Below, one piece after another: positions 39,926 to 53,087 of a DNA stretch of 64,000 bases (its first letter is position 1; every line of letters begins with the position of its first letter). The stretch lies in contig OX597834.1 of the NCBI GenBank assembly GCA_951406725.2, forward strand, positions 19,158,001 to 19,222,000, written 5' to 3'. The stretch comes from Octopus vulgaris (lineage: Eukaryota). The notes below the pieces were generated by a model. The model was not told where the DNA came from. It was given only the letters and a program-made list of their open reading frames with translations, and did no database searches. The translations under genes and the position numbers were made by a program.

Positions 39926-40338
39926 GGCGGCGAGCTGGCAGAACCGTTAGCACGCCGGGGGGAAATGCGTAGCCGTATTTCGTCTGCCGTTACGTTATGA
40001 GTTCAAATTCTGCCGAGGTCGACTTTGCCTTTCATCCTTTCAGGGTCGATAAATTAAGTACCAGTTACGCACTAGGGTCCATGTAATTGACTTAATCCGC
40101 TTATCTGTCCTTGTTTGTCTCCTCTATGTTTAGCCCCTTGTGGGTAATAAAGAAACAGATATTTCGTCGGCCGCTACTTTCTGAGTTCAAATTCCGCCAA
40201 GGTCGACTTTGCCATTCATCCTTTCAGGGTCAATAAATTAAGTATCAGTTACGCACTGGGGTCGATGTAATCGACTTAATCCGCTTGTCTGTCCTTGTTT
40301 GTCCCCTCTATGTTTAGCCCCTTGTGGGTAATAAAAAG
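39926..40338 (+). mobile_element. Family-B SINE head-to-tail dimer
   Basis: Full monomer followed by a 5'-truncated monomer from about 40159; degenerate TSD ATATATGG.CA.TGAT. Confidence 0.88.
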
Positions 40339-40745
40339 ATATATATGGTCAATGATGGAGTTTCAGGGTGCTTCTGTTCTGAATATAAAGGCGTAGGAGA
40401 TATATTTAGCATTGGATTTTCTAGGATGAGACATAGTAGGGTGAAGAAAGGATGATAGATTGGCAAGTCAGTTGACATTACAGACTGTTTGGTTGTTCAA
40501 AGGAGCAGGAACCAGAAAGTGGATACTGTATGTCAGTGTAATATTTGTGGGTTCACTGTATTAACAGAGAAGGAAGGTTTGTCAGTTTGATGTCATTCTT
40601 AAGGATGTGGTCTTAGGTGTTCGTGTGTATGGCTACTTCATAATGACAGATATTCAAGTAGTGTGGGTACCACACACGGCAGCAATAAACAATACAAATG
40701 GTTGCAACATTTTCAGAATTAACATCATGATTTATGATGATTTTC

Positions 40746-41038
40746 TCATTTAGGAGCAGCCATGAATGCTTCAATTTAAATATCTTTTCGTATCTACCAT
40801 TAACATAGGAATATGAAATAATAATAACAATAATGATGATAATAATAATAATAATAATAATGATAATAATAATAATAATGATAATAATAATAATGATATA
40901 ATAATAATAATAATCATCATCATTGCCAGATAAGACTGAGCCTGGTGCAGCTTTAACGTCCGCTTTCCATGCTAGCATGGGTTGGCATCATCATCAAGCG
41001 GACGTTCAACGATGATGATGATGATGATTATTATTATA

Positions 41039-41078
<40 letters not shown>

Positions 41079-41181
41079 CATTATTATTATCATTATTATT
41101 ATTATTTCATATTCCTATGTTAATGGTAGATATGAATATAAAGATATTTAAATTGAAGCATTTATGGCTGCTCCTAAATGA
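40746..41181. repeat. Palindromic inverted duplication of about 435 bp
   Basis: TCATTTAGGAGCAGCCAT..ATAGGAATATGAAAT(AAT)n mirrored at about 41010-41181; centre is a family-C tail fragment. Confidence 0.9.
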
Positions 41182-41688
41182 TGATAATAATAATAATAAT
41201 AATAACGATGATGATAATAATAATAATAATAATAATGATGATGATAATAATAATATTAATAATAATAATAATAATAATAATAATGAAGGAATCATTTATC
41301 ATTCATAGTCTTGCTCAGGTGTACAACATTGGTTACGGCAATATGTAATCGCTCGATCTCTTTACGTCTTTTACATTAACCATTCGGACATTTATGTATT
41401 TCATAAGAATAAATTAATATAAATGAGTCAATAAAAATAAGGATTTAGGCAATCAAAATGTCTTGACCAGATGTTGACTCAGTTCTTCATTATGACTCAA
41501 TGCATAAGGAATGTATCCCTCACATCCTACAAACGGTTATCTTACTTCACAGTAATATCAAAAATTGACTGTGAAATCACAGGATTGAGTAAAAAGTTGT
41601 GATGCTCATCGCTTCAAAATTAAGTTTCAGGCCCGATACATCAATAACCGTATGTCACATTAAAACAACTTTGAAACAGCTGGTAATT

Positions 41689-42109
41689 CTCTCTTTACTC
41701 TTTTACTCTTTTACTTGTTTCAGTCATTTGACTGCGGCCATGCTGGAGCACCGCCTTTAGTCGAGCAAATCAACCCCGGGACTTATTCTTTGTAAGCCCA
41801 GTACTTATTCTATCAGTCTCTTTTGCCGAACCGCTAAGTGACGGGGACATAAACACACCAGCATCGGTTGTCAAGCAATGCTAGGGGGACAAACACATAC
41901 ACACAAACATATACACACACATACACACATATATATACATATATATGACGGGCTTCTTTCAGTTTCCGTCTACCAAATCCACTCACAAGGCATTGGTCGG
42001 CCCGAGGCTATAGCAGAAGACACTTGCCCAAGATGCCACGCAGTGGGACTGAACCCGGAACCATGTGGTTGGTAAGCAAGCTACTTACCACGGAGCTACT
42101 CCTGTGCCT
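41689..42109 (-). mobile_element. Family-A SINE, full length, CpG-retaining (young)
   Basis: Reverse complement of 23910-24320. Confidence 0.92.
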
Positions 42110-42162
42110 GCTGACAATTAAATTTTTATTTTTTTTACTTTAAATCAAAGTTTATAAAGGGA

Positions 42163-42430
42163 AAGACACCCTTTGGTCATGAATGACCATGGGATTGCAC
42201 CTAGAAAGTTTCTCCTCTGAGGCACAAGTTTGGGCAAAGTTGTTTATGGAAGACCAGACCAGCAGTCACTCATGCCTACCAGCCTCTGCTCTCCACGCCA
42301 CTGATGTTATCATCCAAGGGAAAGACAAAGTCTGGTGCAGCTAGCTTGGCACCTGTGATGCTACAACTCATTTCTACAGCTGAGTGAACTGGAGCAATAT
42401 GAAGTAAAGTGTCTTGCTCAAGAACACAGC
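42163..42430 (-). mobile_element. Family-E SINE lacking its head
   Basis: Colinear with 28752-29005. Confidence 0.8.
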
Positions 42431-42653
42431 GCATACCTCAATCTTATACTGCAATTAAAGACTATGACAACAATAACAGATTACCATTATTATTATTATT
42501 ATTATTATTATCAATAGGGTGAAGATGGCGAGCTGATAGAATCATAAGCACAGAGGCAAAAGCTTAGCAGGATTTCGTTTGCCAAAACAAGCACAAGAAG
42601 GAAGAGAATCTTTGAAACTACATTAGAACATTGTAATGTCAATGAATTTTGAC

Positions 42654-43105
42654 TCATTGGATCAGTGTCCTCCAGTCAGTTCTATCCTGGGCCGCTTCTT
42701 TCAGATTGGCCATGTCCATTCCGGTATCACTCCTGATGGTGTCAAGCCAGCGGGTTCTTGGTCGGCCTCTTCCTATCTTGCCACTGACCATTCCGAGCAT
42801 GATGTCCTTCTCCAGGGATTTTCTCTGCATAATATGACCAAAATATGCCAATCTACGCTTGGTGATCCCAGCTTCTAGCGACATTTTCGGCCTTATCTGC
42901 TTAAGAACTTCTCCATTGGTGAGCCTTGCTGTCCATGGAATTTGCAAATGTCTTCTCCAACACCAAAGCTCAAATGCATTAATTCTCTTCTGGTCAGCTT
43001 TCTTTACGGTCCAGGTCTAGCATCTATATGTTGCTATTGGGAAGACAATTGCCTTCACCAATCTGCATTTAGTAGCGAGTCTGATGTCTCTACTCTTCCA
43101 GACCC
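42654..43105 (-). pseudogene. RTE/BovB-like LINE C-terminal fragment with 23-bp flanking duplication
   Basis: VWKSRDIRLATKCRLVKAIVFPIATYRC*TWT..INAFELWCWRR.LQIPWTAR.TN.EVL..RLAYFGHIM..GRPRTRWLD; TTGTAATGTCAATGAATTTTGAC at 42631-42653 and 43106-43128. Confidence 0.92.
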
Positions 43106-43357
43106 TTGTAATGTCAATGAATTTTGACATTACAATGTTTATACTCTTTTACAACATTATTACTCAGTCACTATCAGGATAGTTATTATTCCAGTTATCT
43201 CAGCATAGTAAGATGTTCTCCAACTTCTAATACTGAATTTAAGAAAATGGAATGACAGGTACTCTGTAGTGAAACTATTAATGCGATCACCTAGTAAGTA
43301 ATATGGTACAAGTTTAAAATCTTATCAGTGAACTTGTTGGTCTTCTCTTTCTCAATG

Positions 43358-43745
43358 GATGGATGGAAGCACTCCGTCGGTTACGACGATGAGGGTTCTG
43401 GTTGATCCGATCAACGGAACAGCCTACTCGTGAAATTAATGTGTAAGTGGCTGAGCACTCCACAGACACGTGTACCCCTAACGTAGTTCTCGGGGATATT
43501 CAGCATGACACAGAGAGTGACAAGGCCGGCCCTTTGAAATTCAGGTACAACAGAAACAGGAAGTAAGAGTGAGAGAAAGTTGTGGTGAAAGAGTACAGCA
43601 GGGTTCGCCGCCACCCCCTGCCGGAGCCTCGTGGAGCTTTAGGTGTTTTCGCTCAATAAACACTCACAACACCCGGTCTGGGAATCGAAACCACGATCCT
43701 ACGACCGCGAGTCCGCTGCCCCAACCACTGGGCCATTGCGCTTCC
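43358..43745 (-). mobile_element. Family-D SINE, tail type 2
   Basis: Head and body match 16843-17022; the 3' part (43358-43550) is unrelated to tail 1 and ends in (TCCA)n. Confidence 0.85.
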
Positions 43746-44869
43746 TTTCTTTCTCAAAATGGTGTGTATTCCATATTTTCTTGCATACAAGTTAAATTTT
43801 CCAAACCAAAATTTACTGCCAAAATCACTTATGTTGATTCTCACACCAAGACGACTTTGGTGGGGGACAAAAATTCCATGTGATATACAACTGGATTTGG
43901 GAAAACAGTGATAGTGTTTGAATGTTTATGCTATATACTTACATTCACTTGGATGCTGAAAAGTATAGCAATGATAAAGTTATTCACATGGAAAAGTTTA
44001 ATGATGTGTAAGATTTCTCATAGCTATTACATGTTGCTTTAACTTCAATCCAACCTGTAAATCAAGTAACAGAATAAAGCCTTAAAAATGGTTCCACAAC
44101 CATATTTCTGTATGACATATATAAATACTTTTCATATGACCTTTGAATAACACACACACTTTATCTTCCTTTTATTTTTCATTTGTATTTCTTCTGCATT
44201 TTGCATCTCTTCCCTGCTATTCATTTACCCCTTTCACTGCTCTTTTTCTCTCACTGTACGTCTTTGTGTTCCCTTTTTCTAATATCTATATTTTCCTCCT
44301 CCCTTTTTGCTATTTATTTCCTTTCCACATACCCCATCCTTTCTTTATTTCTCTTATATTTCTCCTTTTTTTTTCCTTTCCTCTATCTTGCTTTCCATCT
44401 TTCTACTTTCACTTTCCCCCATTTTATTTTCCTAATCTCTCTTCCCATTTTTATTTTTTACCTCATTCTCCATTATTTTCCTTTTTTCTTATCAGTATTT
44501 CTTTATTTCTTCTCATCTTTTTGGCCTTTTTTACCTGCTCTTCCTCCTAAGCTTCCTTCCATTCCATTATTAATAGTTTTATTTCTTATGTTTGCTTTCT
44601 TCCAAACTCTTTCTAGTCAGTGTCTTCCCTGAATAAACATTATCTTTGGGTAAAATACATTGATGAGACAACTGACTTCCTCATTTGTTGTTTTATCTTT
44701 AGTCAGTTTATTCTTTAATCATCTCTGTACACCGTGTTTCTATATTAATACAACAGCCTTGGCTAAGATTGGAACATAAAAGTCTTTATTCCTAACTCAA
44801 AATTTCACTATTCATTAATCACCATACAATGAAGGAATCTCTATGCAGGTGCTCAGTCTACTAGAAATG

Positions 44870-45337
44870 TCTTTTCTACTAGAGGCACAAAGCCCAAAAT
44901 TTTTGAGAAGAAGCTTGTTAATTACATTGACCCCACCTCTGCTCCACTGATACTTATTTCATCAGCCCCGAAAGGATAAAAGGCAAAGCTGATGTTGATG
45001 AGATTTGAACTCAGAATGTAAAGATTGACAAAATACCATTAAGCATTTCATCCAGTAGGGGCTAAACACAGAGAAGACAAACAAGGACAGACAAACGAAT
45101 TAAGTCGATTCTATCGACCCCAGTGCGTAACTGGTACTTATTTAATCGACCCCGAAAGGATGAAAGTCAAAGTCAACCTCAGCAGAATTTGAACTCAGAA
45201 CGTAGCGGCCAATGAAATACCACTAAGCATTTTGCCCGACATGCTAACATTTCTGCCAGCTCGCCGCCCTAAAGATTGACAAAATACCATTAAGCATTTC
45301 ATCCAGTATGTGAACATTTCTGCTGGCTCACCACCTT
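44870..45337 (-). mobile_element. Old family-B-like SINE containing a younger family-B SINE (45058-45269) with a 39-bp duplication
   Basis: TAAAGATTGACAAAATACCATTAAGCATTTCATCCAGTA at 45019-45057 and 45270-45308. Confidence 0.85.
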
Positions 45338-45654
45338 ACCTGTTCAAATATTAATCACAAATTATGTCCTACTCTCTTTGGTGGGGGCGGGGAAACATCC
45401 AACAGAGCATGCTTACCTCATCAGATCTGTCTGTCTCAAAAGCAGTATAAGCCCCTTGGCAAAGTGATGTTCAGAAGCATTTACAACCACTGCATTCATT
45501 AATGGGCATTGATCCCCAAAACAAACTGGACCTCAGACAACTGCCTACTGTACTATGAGGAAGACAGCAATGTCCTTCATTTCTTTCCAGCCATCATCCA
45601 TTCTTTACATCCACACCCCATATCTTATTGCTTGGCTATCATAACTAATTTTTT

Positions 45655-45885
45655 GGTGGTAAGCTGGCAGAATTGTTAGCATGCTGGGCGAAATACTTAG
45701 TGGTATTTTGTCTGCCATTACGTTCTGAGTTTAAATTCCGCCAAGGTCGACTTTGCTTTTCATCCTTTCAGGGTCAATTAAATAAGTACCAGTTACGCAC
45801 TGGGGTTGACGTGACCAACTCAATCCTTCTGTCTGTCCTTGTTTGTCCCCTCTATGTTTATCCCCCTGTGGGCAATAGAGAATAA
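45655..45885 (+). mobile_element. Family-B SINE
   Basis: Colinear with 15021-15252. Confidence 0.88.
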
Positions 45886-46039
45886 ACATTACACTATTGG
45901 ATATCTTTGATATCAAAACTACAGGGTAGTCATCGGTAGAATGTCTTTGAGTATGGATCTGCAGAGCCAGAAACAACCTGAAGTTAAATAGATTAAATAA
46001 AAATAACAACACAAAACTTTATATATGACTTATCCTAGA

Positions 46040-46422
46040 AATGCTGTGGCTTTGTGGTAAGATCTTTGCTCCTCAACCACCTGGCTCTGGGTTCAGTCCC
46101 ATTGAATGGCACCGTGGGCAAGTGTCTTCTGCTACAACCTTGGGCTGACCAACAAAGCCTTGTGAATGGATTTGGTAGACGGAAACTGAAAGAAGTCTGG
46201 TGTGCATATATATGTTTGTGTCTTTGTGTTTGAGTCTGTCCCCACCACTGCTTGACAACCGGTGTTGGTGTGTTTATGTCCCCACAACTTAGTGGTATGG
46301 CACTAAAGTACCAAGCTTAAAGAATTACAAAAAAAGAAAACTAAGTTCTGTGGTCAATTCGTTCGACTAAAATTCTTCAAGGCAGTGATCCAGCATGGAC
46401 TGAAACAAGCAAAAGATAAAAG
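46040..46422 (+). mobile_element. Family-A SINE, diverged
   Basis: Head, CORE-like segment and tail recognisable. Confidence 0.8.
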
Positions 46423-46807
46423 ATGTAGTTTGTATTTTCATTTACTGAAGAAATATAAAAACGAAACAGAAGGAAGGAAACCCAAGTTATTTTATTTGTT
46501 CATTAATTGATTCTTTTGTACATAAATGGTAAGCTGAGATGATGGAAGGGAATATTTAGCTGTTTCTCTATCTCTGAGTCCAGCCCATGCCAGCATGGAA
46601 AGGGAGCATAGGATATTGATGGCAATGATAGTAATGACGATGATGATGATAAATACACATATATAATATGATGTGAAATGAATAAAAAATATAGAAAATG
46701 AAAGAAGTTATTTCAAAGAAATATTCTAAATTGAGAAAAATCCGTATGGCAGCATATGTGTGTGTGTGTTTATATAAATACACATAGGCACATCAAGTTT
46801 GTATGTG

Positions 46808-46859
<52 letters not shown>

Positions 46860-46973
46860 TATGAATATATATACTTACACATATTCTGGCTGACCATAAG
46901 TAGATTAATGCACACACACACATGTAAATATATGTATGTATGTAAATGTATATATATACATACATATATATAT

Positions 46974-47114
<141 letters not shown>

Positions 47115-47642
47115 TTCCTTCCAGCTAAGATAGTTCTTTTAAACATTCTTTTATTTATGTTTTTATTTACTTCCCATAGTACATGTATTTATTATTATCA
47201 TTATTATTGTTATTATCATTATCATTATTATTATTATTATTTTATTATTATTCTTTTTTTCTGACTTCCTCCAAAGGAAACGGCAAAGCTGCCCTCATCA
47301 TCATCATCATCATCATCATCCTCACATCCCTCAGTTTCTAAACAAGTTAATGCAGCTTAATGCCAAGCAATGCATACTGATGGTGCCTTGTGGTGACTTA
47401 GTTTCTCAGGTAAAGAAAAATAAAAACGGACCGTTTTTGCTAAAGCGGGAATAGGAATGTAAGAATGGTGCCACCGTTGCTATACTCCATGACCGAATCC
47501 ATTCTAACCCTTTGAAGTTTAAAGCAGCTTTAAGTATATTCTGTGCGTCAAACATAATGGTCGGATTTATTTCTTCAGCTGGAATAGGGATGTTTCCAGT
47601 TCTAAAAGGTGAAAAAAAAGGGTGGCATGGATTTGGCAGATT

Positions 47643-48030
47643 CACCACCACCACCACCACCACCACCACTAATACTACTACTACTGATGCTATTACTGCT
47701 GCACCACCGTTATAGTCAACACTACCAACCAACACCATCTCCATCACCATCATCATCATCATCATCACAACCACTAGTACTACCACTGCCACCACCACCG
47801 TCATCATAACAACGACTATTACCACCACCACCATCTCCACCACCACCACCATCACTACCAATACTAATACCACCATCACCATCATCATCACTGCTACCAC
47901 CACTACCATCACCACAACCACTACTAATACCACTATCACCAACACTACCATCAGCATCATTACTGCTACCACCACTACCATCACCACTACCACCACCACT
48001 ATCACCACCACCACCACCATCATCATCACT
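47643..48030. repeat. Degenerate (CAC/CAT/TAC)n trinucleotide array
   Basis: Direct reading; adjoins a decayed minus-strand family-C tail at about 48030-48210. Confidence 0.92.
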
Positions 48031-48810
48031 ATCTAACGTCCATTTCCATGCTGGTTTGGGTTGGATGGTTTGACAGGAGTTGGTCAGTGAGAGAGCCACC
48101 TAGGCTTCAGTTGTCTGCTTTGGCATGGTTTCTGTGACTGGATGTTATTCCTTAATGTCAGCCACTTTACAGAGTGTACTGGGTGCTATTACATGGCACC
48201 AACACAGGCACTTTTATGCAGCACTGGCACAGACAGCTTTTGGATGTTTGAAGGGGAAATCTGTTGGAAGCATTTGGACTAAGTCTCTGGCCTGAACAGA
48301 ACTCCCTTTCCCTTCCCCATCCCCCACCATTTTCTTTCCCTGCTTCTTGACGTCTTCTGAAAGGTCAGTGCTGCTGCTGGCCTTTATATTCTCACTCAGT
48401 GATTTAAAAAAAAAACAAAAAAAAAACACACCTTATGTCTTTAATACTTCAATCATCCTGATTAGGATGTATTGATGTCACATATTGATATCAATATCTT
48501 AATACCAGCATCTCCGAGTACATCGTCTTTTAACCTATTCCTTCTTTGTGTTCTGTACATCTTTCTCCCTCTTCTGCTTCACCACTTATTCCTTCATCTC
48601 CAGTAAAATAATGAACTAAAGAGAATATATTCCACAATATTTTGTACCTGAATACATTGAGATTTTATTGGTTGAAAATCATGACTTAATGAACAAATCT
48701 ACACAGGATGATGATAACAATCTGATTATTAATGATTTTCACATTTCTATATATTTATGATTTCTCCTTATATGCTGTATGATACTTTAATTCCTATATC
48801 TGTTGATAAA

Positions 48811-48890
48811 AATTTAATGATTTCTTTTATTTTTTATTTCAGGTGAGTGATACAGAAAATAATTTATCTCCAAGCAAGAAATGCTGCTAA
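48811..48890 (+). other. Strong 3' splice site directly followed by GTGAGT (recursive splice site or short terminal exon)
   Basis: TTTAATGATTTCTTTTATTTTTTATTTCAG|GTGAGT; frame 0 reads VSDTENNLSPSKKCC*. Confidence 0.5.
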
Positions 48891-49177
48891 AACCTGTCTG
48901 TATTCATTCTGATGTCAACAGAAGAATTCATCATATTTTTATAAAGATTTTTTTGAGTATATTTTTGATTTTGTGGTTAGCAATATAGATTTCATTTCAC
49001 TTATAGTACATTACCCTATGTGTTCATCCTTTCCATATGAATTCAATTATTCATTATCCGATTGAAGTGTTCAAGTCATGACTAGTCTGTGATTTATTTT
49101 TCAGGCTAGTATGTACCGTACTACATTATTCAGTGTGTTTCCTTTTTCTTTAAGTTAGCTGGATGCGATTTGTTAGT

Positions 49178-49490
49178 GAAGGCACATAGTTTAGTGGTTA
49201 AGGTATTCAGTTCAAGGTCGTGAGTTCAATTCCTGACAGCATGTTGTGTCCTTGAGCAAGATGCTTTATTTCATATTGCACCAGTCTATTGAGCTGGAAA
49301 AAAGGTGTTGTATATGTAATTCAAAGGGCCAGCCTTGTCACATCTTGTGTCATTCTGAGTCTCCCTAAGAACTACCTTAAGGGTACATGTGTCTTTTGCA
49401 ATAGCCTTTTGCATGCTAATTTCATGAGCAGGCTGTTCCACTGATCAGATAAACTGAAACCCTTGTCATTGTAATCAGCAGAGTGCCAGT
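49178..49490 (+). mobile_element. Decayed tRNA-derived SINE with family-D tail type 2
   Basis: TAGTTTAGTGGTTAAGG..GAGTTCAATTCC head; TTCAAAGGGCCAGCCTTGTCAC..AAGGGTACA matches the reverse complement of 43470-43540. Confidence 0.7.
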
Positions 49491-50454
49491 TGAATGAGAT
49501 TTGTGTGAGATTTAGTTATTATAATATTCTGGTCAATGTTTTGTGGTCATACAGCAGCATAACCAGTGTTTAGATGTACAGACACTGCTATACTAGGTGT
49601 CTAGTATCACACAGTAGATGTCATGCTAAGAGCTGTTCACTGGTCATACTAAACAGGTTTTCTTGACATTAAACAGCAACAACATAGTAACAAATATTTA
49701 TGAATGAATTCATAATTTATCCGAATATTGTACATGATAATTTTATTGAGATTTACTACTGATATTTATTGATTAATTGATTGAAATTTATTCTTATTAT
49801 GATATATTGAACTTTGAATCAACCTTTGATTTATCTCATCAATTAGACTGAATACTTCAAATTTATTAAGCCAATTTTCTTCTCCTTTCTTAAGTTAGTT
49901 GTTCTTTTCAAACCTGAGGTAACAGAGAAGGCTGGACTCTTTAATAGGTACAAAGTCACTTAAATGCATCCCTGTGGTGCAATAAACTAAAAGGCACTGC
50001 CGTGTTAGATAAATCTGTTCTTTTCTAATGTTGTTCTCCTTTTATCCAGTTATGTTATCGGAACTTACAGATCCCATTGTGATGTGCCTCACCAGATATA
50101 GCCTGTTCATGGAAAAAGAAAAACAGGAAAGAAAAAAAAAAAAAAAAAATTGCTTCCACGGTAGAAGCAGTGTGGTTTCTGGATCCATAGCAGCAGATTA
50201 TGGTTTACATTAACTTGAATGAATTCTATATACTACAGACTGGAATATGGTAAAAACATGGGATTATATTGTCAGTTTGATTAATGGTTCAATAGTTGAC
50301 ATTACTGGTTGTAATTCTAACCACAGTTGATTTAGCTTCTTATCATTGACTAGTGTATAAGACAAATAGGTGTATTTGACCGTTTCCAATGTTTGCAGAA
50401 TCAAGAGATAGATAACCACAATAGGGTTAAAGACATGGATTAAGAAAATCAGGG

Positions 50455-51478
50455 GTTAGTTAGCTGATAGGACACTCTGGCCAAACAACTAGCTTTACTT
50501 TGTTAATATGGTTGTGTGGTTATGAAGCCATACTTTCTTCACAACTATATGGTTTCAGGTTCAATCCCATTGTGAAGCATCTTGAGTAAGTGTCTGCTGT
50601 TACAGCTTCAGGCTAATCGATACCTTGTGAGTGAATGTGATTGATGGAAACTGTGTGGAAGTTCACCATATATATATATCTTTCTTTACTACCCACAAGG
50701 GGCTAAACACAGAGGGGACAAACAAGGACAGACAAACGGATTAAGTCGATTACATCGACCCCAGTGCGTAACTGGTACTTAATTTATCGACCCCGGAAGG
50801 ATGAAAGGCAAAGTCGACCTCGGCGGAATTTGAACTCGGAACGTAACGGCAGACGAAATACGGCAACGCATTTCGCTCGGCGTGCTAACGTTTCTGCCAG
50901 CGCGCCGCCTTTAATATGTATATATATACACACACATACACATGTGTGTGTGTGTGTGTGTGTGTGCTTGTGCATCTTTGTGTTGTCTTCCCACATGCCC
51001 ACTTGACAACCAGTGTTGGTTTGTTTACGTCCCTATAACCTAGCAGTTCAGCTAGACAAACTGACAGAATAAGCACTAGACATAAAAGTAAATATTGGTG
51101 TCAATTTGTTTGACTAAAACTCCCCCAAGGCAATGTTCCAGCATGGTCACAGTCCAAGGAAAATAAAAAAGATGTAAAACATTAAAACAGTAAAAAAGTT
51201 GAATAAAACCCAGTTCCTTTTACAAATTCCTATCGATACATGCTAATAGAATATTTTATATTTTGGCTTCTGTTAGTTAGCTGATATGACACTCTGGCCA
51301 CACAACTAGCTTACATTGTTAATATGGTTGTGTGGTTATGAACCATACTTTCTTCACAACTATATGGTTTCAGGTTCAATCCCATTGTGAAGCATCTTGA
51401 GTGTCTGCTGTTAGAGCCTCAGGCTAATCAATGCCTTGTGAGTGAATGTGATTGATGGAAACTGTGCAGAACCTCACC
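50455..51478. repeat. Direct duplication of about 210 bp (flank plus decayed family-A head)
   Basis: 50455-50668 and 51272-51479 share unique flank GTTAGTTAGCTGATA.GACACTCTGGCCA and the same SINE mutations. Confidence 0.85.
50679..50910 (-). mobile_element. Young family-B SINE inserted in the internal microsatellite of a family-A SINE
   Basis: CpG-rich full copy; host head at about 50505-50668, host tail at about 50965-51165. Confidence 0.9.
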
Positions 51479-53087
51479 ACACATACATGCGCGCGCACAC
51501 ACACACACACACACATACACATACACATATGTGTATATATATGTAGCACCCAAATAATAATATCACTTCTTTTCTTTTCTTGAAACTCAGACAAAAATGG
51601 TAAGGGTTTGAAATATTGAATATTTCACAACCCAAGTTTGCAAACTGAACTTTGCAAACTTTTCTGTGAATTTTCCTTCTGGGTAATTGATTCTTAGTTT
51701 CTTTCTCTTTATTGCTGCTGAACCATGTCCATAACAATGAACCTTGATTGCTGAACTGTCCTCACAGAAAGAGACCATGTTTGGAATTTCTGACCATAAG
51801 AATTTCAGTCATTCAATCAGCTTAACCATTGAATGAATCTGAAAGTGACTGAGTATTCCAAGGATACCTGTGCCCATAACATGATTTTCAGGCAGAATTA
51901 GTGACAAGGGACACGACAAAGGTTGGGCATTTGAAATAAAAAGACAACCCATCTAATGCATCAATGGGTTTTAACACAGTTTCCCTGAGACAGCTTGAGT
52001 CAACCCAGGGTTATAGCATAAGGCGCTTGTCCAAAATCTCACACAAATTGAAACTAGGTCCTTGTGATCATGAAGCAAACTTCTTAACCAATTGGCCAGA
52101 CTGTGTCTATATTATATCCATATACAGGTGACTTGACTTTTAAACTCAGTATGCTTAGCTGTAAACAGATAATGGGATAGAGTGGATTTGGTTCACTGCC
52201 AGAACTAATGAGAGTTACAGTATAATTGATGTACATTTCGCTATCCTTCACTTCTGTGTCCAAAGCCTCCAATGAGAATAACTTGTGTGGGAATGGTCGG
52301 GTTCTGCTTAGTTGTTTAACTTCAGACTCACAGCATGAAAATAAAATACTGCCAACATAAAAATAACACTTCAGTGTCTCACAAGATTCCTATCTCTTTA
52401 TATTGTTATAATCACAAGATTTGAACTAAATTCTGTTTTTCTGTACTCACAAAATAACATTGGTATTTTCCAACTTTATTCATAAAATTGTATTGATATA
52501 TTTCTTCTCCGAGACTTCTACTAATATATTCTTGACAAAATCTTTAATCTCGTCAATAATAGTTCTCTTTATATTCATACATTTTTCTGATATGATTTCT
52601 GTATATATTAGTAAATAGTCACAAGAGATTTGCTTTAATAATTATTAACACATCATTAATAAAACAGGATAGACTATCATGAGATAATCACAGAGAACAA
52701 TTACCATGAGAATATGTTGCTATTATCTTATCTTGACTTAAGATATTTTATGGTTGGATGAGATTGGTTGACAACACTAATTTACAATATCTTCTTAGTC
52801 TGTCTGACAGAAATGAAAACTCTTTTTTTTGTTTGTTTGTTTTGTTTTACACTCGAAAGCATAATTGCAATCAAATGAAAGCTTAGAGAGAATTAATACA
52901 ACATTATTGCCAGGAATTAGCATTATCAGTAGAATCAAATCTCTGTACAAGGTCATTAGTGAAATGAGCTCATAATAACAATAATGGTATCTGATTTAGG
53001 TTCAAGGCTAGCAATTTTGAAGTGCAGGAATAAGTCAATACCATTGAGCCATGTACTTCACTGGTATTTTATTTTATGAAATCGTTA

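Noticed and set aside
44143-44632. Hydrophobic membrane-protein-like ORFs
   Set aside because: Low-complexity T/C-rich tract
47643-48099. Gly/Asp-rich and Val/Met-rich ORFs
   Set aside because: Products of a degenerate trinucleotide repeat
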